The notes under the pieces were generated by a model that saw nothing but the letters and a program-made list of their open reading frames with translations, was not told the origin of the DNA and made no database searches. Positions 1-10,500 of a DNA stretch of 64,000 bases are shown here, in pieces. Source of the stretch: Antedon mediterranea. Taxonomy: Eukaryota > Animalia > Echinodermata. The translations under genes and the position numbers were made by a program. Position 1 is the stretch's first letter. Every line of letters begins with the position of its first letter. The stretch is taken from positions 38,260,437 to 38,324,436 of the forward strand of contig NC_092672.1 of NCBI RefSeq assembly GCF_964355755.1. The letters run 5' to 3'.

Positions 1-1549
1 GCTGTGTTGTGAAATGTCTGATCGACTGTATGTAGTGTATGTGACGTGTGTGTAGGAAGAGTTAGTGCAGTGAGTGAGTGCCATGGTGGAGTACGGTCGC
101 GGAGAATGCAAAATATGCTAGGCTAGCCTATTGTCAAGTAACCAGAATTCCACCAAATTAAATGGGAGTTCTAGTTTTATGTGTATAATAATAGGCTAAA
201 TAATGTAATGAAGAATGTAATTTTTAAGTTTTAGAAATATTTAAATAACTTTATTAACCGATTCACCACGATAAGTGCTCATGAGGTTAAAAGTCAAGGT
301 CATTGTAAACAAATTATCAACAAAAAAAAAGTAAATCGAATTTACATGCGTAGTTTGCTGTGCATGAATCGTGACAACAAATTATACAAAATACTCGCAA
401 CTTTTTTTTTTAAAATATGCTTCTAAATATATAAAAACAATTGTTGAAGTTAGTTTGAAAATAAAATTCGAAAATATAACCGTTTTTCGAAGCACGCTGT
501 TCGAAACGCGACAGGCGCGTTGAATGAATCTAGGCCTAAACATACAACGTAAAATCTTCTAAAATCCATCTTTATTTGTAATAATCACTATTTTGAAGCT
601 TGTATACAATAAATGTATAATAAATAAAGATTATGTATCGGTTACAGTGTCTAAATCGTCATATTTCCGTGTAAAAATGTGATTTTTTTACCGGAGAAAA
701 GTCGTGAAGATGTCCTTACGAGGGCCGCGTCATATTGTTTACCTTTGATTGTAATATGAACCCTGACATGTCAGATGCATTATGGGCATGACATATTTGT
801 TCAAACTCTGCGCAAAGGTCAGTTTATTGAAGCATAACTTTTGACAAACATTTTGATACCAAACTTGTTTTAATTTCATAAGTTTTCGACGCATTTTCGT
901 CAAATTTTCTGCAAGGTACACGTCTAAAACAGCGGACTAAGCTCCCGAGGGATGCCAATGCGCGTGAGAATCGCGAATTCCAAGTCGCTTTCGGGATGTT
1001 TTTTTTAACATTCCCGGTGAACAAACAGCGGCGATGACGCTCTCGGGCCGGTTCCCGATAGGCCTAGGCCCCATATGGTCATCGTCGGATGAGTCAGTCT
1101 ACTAATTTCGAAACCGGTCATTCATAATGGTCAAGTTTGGTCTTATTTTGAAGAGAAGAAATAGGTTCTGATGAAGAGATGAGTTTTATTATGAAATATT
1201 TATTAATTTTTGTGCATTTGGTAGTCAAAGGTAATTTACAAATTTTTAATAATTTTCCTAAAATATTTCTAATATTTGCATAATCCATACTCCGCCAAAA
1301 TAAGTTGTAACACAAATTTGATAACATATTTGAAAATAAAATGTCCTTTGCATTATTTTTCTTTTTTAATGTCTGTGTTTAGAAAAAAGGTTAGGGTTAA
1401 TTATGTGACATATGCTTTTTGGGTCCCAGGGTAGCAAAATAAACTTAGGGGTCAATGGGTTTTAATGTGCTTCTTATCTTTTATTTAGTTAACAATTTTT
1501 TTTTTTTAGTCTTTAAACCCAGTAGAGGTAATCCTTGAAGCACGCCAAG

Positions 1550-4500
1550 ATGCCCAAGGAAGACAGAGACACGTGGAAGTCAAACTATTTCTTAAAAATC
1601 ATTGTAAGTGAAAATACTGATATAATCACAAGAAGAAAGTAAAGTAGAACATCATAAAAAATATGGAAAACTAAGGAAAAAGGTGTAAACTGTCAAGAAA
1701 AATTATAACTAGAATGAAGAATTATGTTAAAAAAAACTATATTTCAAGTAGATTTTCTTTTATATAAAATGTATTTATGGTATAAGTAAGCCTAGCCTGA
1801 TAGTCCTTAGATGCTTAATTATGTAATTACACTTACACTTAATGTTTGATGGAAATAGTTTAGGCTAGTGCCTATTAGATTCCATTTCTAGCCGAAAATA
1901 GTTGTCAAGTCTAGACTTAAAGATGTTCACCGAAGAGGCTTGTATTACATATTCAGGCAGAGAATTCCAGTGATGTATGACTCTGATGGTAAAAAAGTTG
2001 ACCCTGCACATAAGATTTCCTCTAAATTTTGGACGATATAGTTTTAAGCTGTGTCCCCTGGTTCTGATGTGAGACAATTACAAATACATTTTATTTTGCA
2101 GCAACTGTTTGATGAATACCCCAAATGTTTCATTGTTGGTGTGGACAATGTCGGTTCCAAGCAGATGCAAACCATCCGTATTTCTCTCAGGGGATATGCA
2201 GGTAAGATACATTATCTCTTAGTGTACGTGAATTCTGTAATCCGATTGGTCAATATGTATTAGATATAATTCCGTATTACGCCCATTTACTCAAGTCAAG
2301 CAGATCAGAAGGGTAATACAGTCAACTCTCCCAATACCGGACACCCTTGGGCGGGCATATATTTTCCGGTTTTTCGAAAGTCCGGTTTCCTGAAAACATA
2401 TTTTTAAAGTCATCACGTTGTCACCGAATGCTGCCCGGTACAGTCTCCTAGCGTAGGGAAGGCCTAGGCTAGGCTATGATTGTGTCAATCTAGTTTTAAT
2501 TAAATAAATACTGATAGGCTAGGCCTACTTTATTAATATTAAGCTACAGTAATTCAATTTACCTTTTTTAAAAGTTACATTATTTACTGTACCAATAAAA
2601 CATGTTACAATAGTAAATTATTGTTTCTCAATGTGTTTTTAACGGCAAAAAGGCCTACGTACGTACGTACGGTGAACATAATTTCGGTCTGTTTATTGTT
2701 TTTCGTGAGCTAGCTAGCAGCAGCAGCATGGGTGAAGGGCTTTGATTGATGCGCATGTGCAGAGGTGTCATAATCAAATAAAAACGCCCACACCTAGACC
2801 ACATGTTTTTTAAGCTCCTTTATTTTGACGTAATTTGATAGCAATGATGAAAATTGATTAGGTAAACGAGCCAAGCAATAATGACACAATAATTAATTGG
2901 TAACATTTCAAAGTTTATTAACACTAGTTAAGTCAAGTTCATTCCGTTTACGTTTTGCCATAATGATTTCCAAATTTATAATGATGCACATTTTTCCCGT
3001 TTTTAGTGAAACATTCCTTTTTAAAGTCCTATTGCAATTGTGAATTTAACAATAATTTAAACAAAACAAAGACACAGGAATGTAAATTTAACTTTATTAA
3101 AAAACAATTCATATGCTAAAAAACAGGGAGTTGTTAACAACTCCCTGCTAAAAACAATAGACATTAAGACATAGCGCTTCGATGTGAAAAAGCCCACCGC
3201 AGTTCGATACGCAACAAAGCAATTGCCGCCTCGTGGGTTAACAATGAACTGACCTGTCAATCACAGTGTAGTGCTCCATGGCAACATTATTTGATCGTAC
3301 CGCGAAACGTCGCGCACTTCATGCATGGTGAGGGTATGGTTAAAAGCTTTTGTACATTGTGAATCCGAGTCAGCGACGACGATGTTACGTTGTTTTCGTA
3401 AATATTTGGAGTTTTTTAACCGTCAGTCCGGTTTTCAGATGCTAATTTTCGTGTTTTGTACTTCATAATTTGTCCGGATTCCGGAATTGGGTATTCCGGT
3501 TTTCATAATAAATTACAGTACATTTAGAATAGGGACAAATTGGGCCCTCCAAAAAAGTCCGGTTTTTCGTGAATTCCGGTTTTGGGAGAGTCCGGTATTG
3601 GGAGAGTTGACTGTATATCCCGTATTACCTGTTTGATGTCTCTACGCGCGCGTTGTTTATGTATTGTATTTATTTAACCAAATAAGCTTTTTTATTGTAC
3701 TCATGTCATTTTATGTAATGTATGCTTTTTAGTACAAGACACATGACTAGTCACTAGTTCTTTTAAGCAAATAAGCCTTTTTATTGTACTCGTGTCATTT
3801 TATGTAATGTATGCTTTTTAGTACAAGACACATGACTAGTCACTAGTTCTTTTAAGCAAATAAGCCTTTTTATTGTACTCCATGTCATTTTATGTAATGT
3901 ATGCTTTTAGTACAAGACACATGACTAGTCACTAGTTCTTTTAAGCAAATAAGCCTTTTTATTGTACTCATGTCATTTTATGTAATGTATGCTCTTAGTA
4001 CAAGACACGTGACTAGTCACCAGTTCTTTTAAGCAAATAAGCCTTTTTATTTTACTCCATGTCATTTTATGTAATGGATGCTTTTTAGTACAAGACACAT
4101 GACTAGTCACTAGTTCTTTTCTGACATGTTTGTTTTTCTTGACAGTTGTTTTAATGGGAAAGAATACAATGATGAGGAAAGCTATCCGTAGTCATCTTGA
4201 CCAGAACCCATCTCTGGAAAAGTAAGTAATGACGCGATTCTATGTCAGCGTCGTATCAAGCAGTGTTCTTTTAAATGATGACGTTCACATGAGATCTCAT
4301 TGCCGCTAAGTGTCAGAGCCAGAAATGGCAGAACCCTCTGGTACTGGTGATGTGCATGATCTAAAATGCCATGTGCTGTCTGATAAAAATTGACTACTAT
4401 AAATATTTAATTGAATATATCAACATTTCTGTTTGCGATACCAAAAATTCTATCTAAATTGACTGATATTTTTTTTAATGGTTAAACTTATCTTAACATT

Positions 4501-7500
4501 TTGACTGCCAAACACGAAGATATTCGTTTTTGGAAACACAACGCTTGACTGCCAAACACGAAGATCTTCGTTTTTCGCGTTTTTTTTCCGAAATCCGGTA
4601 GATAGGTTAATTATTGGTATATACAGTCGACTCCGCCTAAGTCGAATTCGCGTAAGTCGAAAAATCGCGAAAGTCGAATTTTTAGGAAAGTCCCAATTCT
4701 TTCCCATACATTACTGTGTAATTTTTATTTCTAAGTTGAAATTCGTCTCTAAGTCGACGTCTTTTTGCGGTCCGAATACACACATTCTTTAGTGATTTAT
4801 ATCGTATAAGTCGAAGTCACAAATTACGCGGCAACAACGCGCTAAAAAAGCCGATGAAACGTACGTAATTCGATAAACAAACAGAAGGGATAATGTGGGA
4901 CCATATCGGTTCTCTCAAGCAGGTTGTATAGTATAGGCGGCGTCCTACAACTCGCGCTAGTGTATAGTGTATGAGTTGATTCAGAGTTGAGAACTTGAGC
5001 GGCATTTTGTGGGTACCTATTTTGTGCTAGACAGATGGCAATAAACAATGGATACCGATTTCGAATAAGAACCGAAATGTATTTATTATACGTTTTTGTA
5101 TTGTTTTGGGAAAATACAGTTTATCATTGCCGATAAAGAGGCTTAGCATTTATTAGGCCTAGCTAGCTAGCTAAGCAAACTCTATTCAAGAAGGCTCATC
5201 GCGTGGGCCGCGACAGGGCAGGGTCCACTAGGCCTAGCCATAGCGCGGCTAGTGAGTGAGCCTAGGCCTAGCATTTTTTTGGGAAATCTGTAAGTCGAAG
5301 TTCGCGTAACTCGAATTTTTATACCGGTCCCATTAGATTCGACTTAGGTGGAGTCGACTGTACTATAAATATGGACACTATATTCGGTCTGGACCGTGAA
5401 TATTTTACTTTTTGAAAGTAACTAATCTGGTTACGAACGATTGTCAAAATGGTACCTGTCGAAATAACATACACCGCGCATCACAGTAGCGAGTACAGCG
5501 ATGGTTTGGCGCATTGTGTATCGGTCGCGCGCTAGCTATGCTGCCGAAGCATTACAAAGGTTTATGTGGATTGGCATGTTTGTTTGTTATCTGAATAAAA
5601 AATAATGGATGAATTTTCAATATGAAGTCTTTAATTTTATTATTGTATGTATACCCTAATTGTTTTGGTGTTTCACTGTAAGTGACCGAGTTTCACGCAA
5701 CAAACTTGTTTAGAAATGGTATGAATATTATCATCAGTTTACTAGCTAGGCTAGTAGTACTAGGCTATAGCCTAGGCCTAGTCGTAAAACGGTTCCGGAA
5801 CAACTTTAGGCCTAGTTAACTAGGCCTGGTGTCTTTACTATGTGGATTTTGGCGAAACATTGATGTAAGATTTATGATTTATAAAATGTAATACATTTTT
5901 CGATAGTGATAACTTGTTTTTATAGGCCTACCGGTGCCATGTAAGTAACTTTTTCGTTGTTTGTTGATCTCACCGGGCGATTGTGATATCTTGCACAAAA
6001 TCGCGAATATCTCGACTTTCTTGCGCGAAACTACGAAAAACTCGAAAAGTGGGTTACTTTCATTTTACTATTACGACTTACATATTGCGATTTGAAAATC
6101 GTTCTTGGTACCATTGTAAAGCTAAAATCTTTATGATTATTACCTCCGCCAAGGAGGTTATGTTTTCACCCCTGTATGTTTGTGTTTGTGTGTGTGTCTG
6201 TGAACAGCCTGGAAGCCACAGTTTTTATCCGATTCTAACCAAATTTGGACACAATGATCTATGCCCAAAAAGCTTGGACGAGTTTGAATTTGAGGGGGAA
6301 AGGTCATAGGTCAAGGTCACAACTAACAAAAAAACTATTTTACTGCCTAGAGACCACAGTTTTGATCTGATTGTCACCAAACTTAGCCACAATGATCAAT
6401 GACACATCATATAATTGTGGTTAAATTTTGAAGGGTCAGGGTCAAAGATCAAGGTCCACAAAAAAAAAAAAAACGAAATAAAAAAATAATAAAAAAAAAA
6501 ACCTCAGTGGGACTTGAACCAGCGATCTCAACTGTGAGAGGCTGGATACATAACCATTACACCACACTGTCATCCACAACTTTGTAGTGTGCAGTTAACA
6601 TATTTACACTTAGAACTAATAAAAAAATATTCTGGGGGCATTTTATGTAGGGGAATTTTACAGTAGGCGGAGGTTTGTACTCTCGGAGTACCCTCTAGTT
6701 TTAGTCTAAATTACATGTATATCAGATCACATACATAGTTTCAATCAGCTTTAATAAAAACATCGAATTGGGCTATAAACGCTGGCGGTGGCAGTTTCTA
6801 ACTGGAAAAACCTCTGGCAGTCAAAGTGTTAAACTATCTATTATTTCTTTTCTGAAAATCGATAGACTTCTGCCATATATCAAGGGAAATGTTGGATTCG
6901 TTTTCACAAAGCTTGAACTCAGTGACATCCGTGACAGGATTGTTGATAACAAGGTTGCCGCTCCTGCCAAGGCAGGTGCCATCGCCCCAGTCAATGTCCG
7001 TGTTCCAGCACAGAACACCGGTCTTGGACCAGAGAAGACTTCTTTCTTCCAGGCTTTGTCTATTCAGACAAAAATTGCCAGGGGAACAATTGAAATTTTG
7101 GTAAGTGACATTTTTGCCACATTAATTTATTTCCTTCTAAATATGGTTGAAGAAACAGTTCTTTTAAATGATGATATTCACATGAGATTTCATTGCCGCT
7201 AAGTGTCAGAGCCAGAAATGGCAGAACCCTCTGGTACTGGTGATGTGCATGATCTAATTTGCCTTGTGCTGTCTGATAAAATTTGATCATTTTTTTAAAA
7301 ATTATATATTTTTTACCATACCATTTAGACCACACTTTGCTACCAAAAATGCTCAAGGCGCTTTTGAATGCTTGTAGTATGCTATCACCTCACAATAAAA
7401 ACAATAAAATTGCGAATTTAAAATGGAAATTTTGAAGCATTCTTCACATGTTACACACCTGTGTGATATGTTCATGTTTGTTGTTTTCATATAGAGTGAA

Positions 7501-10500
7501 GTCCATCTGATTAAAAAAGATGAGAAGGTTGGAGCTTCTGAAGCAACTCTGTTGAACATGTTGAAGATCTCTCCTTTCTCATATGGTCTCAAGATCATGC
7601 AAGGTTAGTCCAGCCTAGAGTTTGATATGATATTTGTTATCTTCAGAAATTTATAAAACTGTTTGTTTTTCATCCCTTTGTATTGGCAGTTGACGAAGAT
7701 TGTCTAAATTCTAGATAATAACTTTCGACAATTGTATATATTTTAGTGTTTGAGGCAGGAACAGTGTTCGATCCGTCCATCTTGGACATCACCGATGATG
7801 ACCTTATCCAGCGCTTCATGGAGGTAAGTTGTACTGATCTTGGGAAACCAATAAATACTACTTAACTTACATTAAAGAATAATGCTAAGATATGATATGG
7901 TAGTTTATCGAAGCATTGGCAGGGGTTGGCATTGAATAACCTAATGTATGGCTCGTAAAATGCTTCGTAAAGAAATTGAATGTTACTCATTCACAGGGAA
8001 AGGATTGATACCTTTCTTTGTATTTAACTCGTTCAAACAATAATATGTTGTGATGTAATTTAAAATCTGGCTAAAGCTCTGTTTACACTATCAAACTAAT
8101 TTGACAACAAATATGGTAGTGATATGACATGTCCATATATGGGCACATCACATTTGTTTTGTCGCATAAAGTTTGATAGTGTAGACAGAGCTTAAAGCTT
8201 AGGAATAAATTATGTGCACAAATAAAAATTTCTGATGCGAGGTATCAATGTCATTAGCATTCTGAATATTCATAACTACAGCTTTATGATATATTTATCC
8301 AATCTTGTGTTTTTGTAGGGAGTACGAAACATTGCAAGTGTAAGTCTTAAGATTGGTTATCCAACAGTGGCTAGCGTTCCTCATTCCATTATCAATGGCT
8401 TTAAGAATGTCCTTGCCATTGCTTGTGCAACTGAGATCGAGTTCAAGGAAGCTGAATCTGTAAGTTGTCCTAAGATTACCTTCAATGTTTCATTACATAT
8501 CTTTTTATTGTCAAAATGTAAAAAAATAATAATTACATTTCTCCGAGTGAAATGGTCCGTTTGTAGCTATTGTCTCCTTTAATTCGTGTAGTCAGGGATG
8601 TGAATATTCAGCCGTTTTAATCAATTGTAATACCTTTCATAAATTGCCAGGCCTCGAATTTGGGGATTTTAGGGGCAAGGCCATTTGGCCTCCGGTTTTC
8701 ATTGATTTTAGGGGCACCAAGGCCAAATGGGAGGGCACCAAGACCATTTGTTTTAAATCGAAGGGGCACCAAGGCCAAAATTAAAAAATATTGTAATAAC
8801 TAGGCCAAAATTAAAAAATAGCTTGTTTCCGGTTAAGGGAGGAATTTAAAAAAAAAAAAAAAAAAATTCTACCCGCAAAATGTTTTGGGGATTTCCCCCT
8901 ATTCATCAGATTGCGTAGTAGTAGTAGTGGGACTGTCTACAATACATCTTTTTGTATTTCATATAAATATTACGTGTATTTACGATCCATATAAATAATA
9001 AATAGGTACGATGTTCAGCGTTTATAGTTTACCGTCCTGTGTTGAATGTTTCGTTTAGTTTCAAATAATGCGATAAAAAGGCACGTGAAGCCAACCAAGG
9101 AACCCCAAAGCTACTCAGCCTTACTTAGCTATAGCAGCCGACGGAGAAAACATGATACAAAAACAATTTGTTTGTAGGCCTTACCTACAACTATTCATAC
9201 ACAGAGTGTTTACCACGGTAAAAATCAAGCCAATGACATTATGTAGTAGAATATAAATTATAGTTATTTTCCGAGTTTCGATTTCTGAAGCTTTTTTGTT
9301 AGTATAATCCATATTTATAAGAATTCAAAACACGGACGGACACCGACCCCTTTCTCTCTCTCTCTGTTTAGCCGGCCTTCTGCACGTGTATTGTGGACTA
9401 TACCATTTCCTTGAGTTCGGTAAAAACGCGTTTGGTAATTTAGTGTACGACGTTGTTAAACAAGATTTTTCGATGATCTGTCTGCTGGATTATTGTGGTG
9501 GGTGCGATAAAATATAAATATGATATACCAGGGCTGCAAATTAACTTTTTTACTTGGTAGCACTATCAAATTTGTATGATGGCTCATAATAATTTTTGGT
9601 AGCACCACCAATTTTTTTAGTAGCACCTTTTCATCGACATCTAACCCCCTTCCCTCAAACCCCATCCGCGCAGATCCGTTTTTTAGTGGGGGGGGGGGGG
9701 TATAAAAATGAAATACAGTACAACCTTAGGCTGGGGGTCAGGGGGCCGCCAATGGCCCCGCTTTGGGGGGGGGGGGATTTTTGAGTAATTATAGGTTGTT
9801 TCAATCGATTTCTGAGCACATAAAAATTCAGCACTGAAGAATTCAATTAATTTGGGTTATGCACATTTAGGCACTGGTCCTGATGCGCCACTTATATTCA
9901 CGCAAGATCTATTATTTTTACGGTACAGAAAGAAATTACTGCTTTGTATATACGCGTAACCTTTCGTAGCCTACGCGTAAATAGATCGTAGGTCATTGTT
10001 CGCTAAACCATGGAGGAAAAAATTTCCTCCATGGCTAAACATATCCTGTAATTTCCAAAGTATTGTTCGTTGCCATGCCTACGATTTTATGATAATATCT
10101 ACGCGTCGATCGTACGGTGGTTCGTAGGGTTAGTAATTTGTAAACACCAATGTCATCGCCTTTAGTTGTTAGGAGCATAAACAATGGAAAAATTGCCAAA
10201 ATTGTTGGCTAATTAAAATCCTAGACGTTAATTTTTGTAGCCGACCTACACATCGGTTGTCCTAATTTGGCAGGACATCCGCTGACGAGATGAAATCGGG
10301 CCCGAGGCCCTCTGAGCTCACGCAGAGAGAGTTTCGGCGGCAATCCTACCTTGGTTTAGCGAATTATAAAAACAACACCTTGGCTAGGACACCAACAAAA
10401 TATATGCAAAATAAATATATATTCCATGTTAAGATTTAACATAGGCCTTTGTAAATTATTATTACGACAAAAGACCCGACCAGAATTTGGAGGGGAAAAA

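Noticed and set aside
1166-1190. U15-like snoRNA start (GATGAAGAGATGA)
   Set aside because: No guide sequence or D box at a suitable distance.
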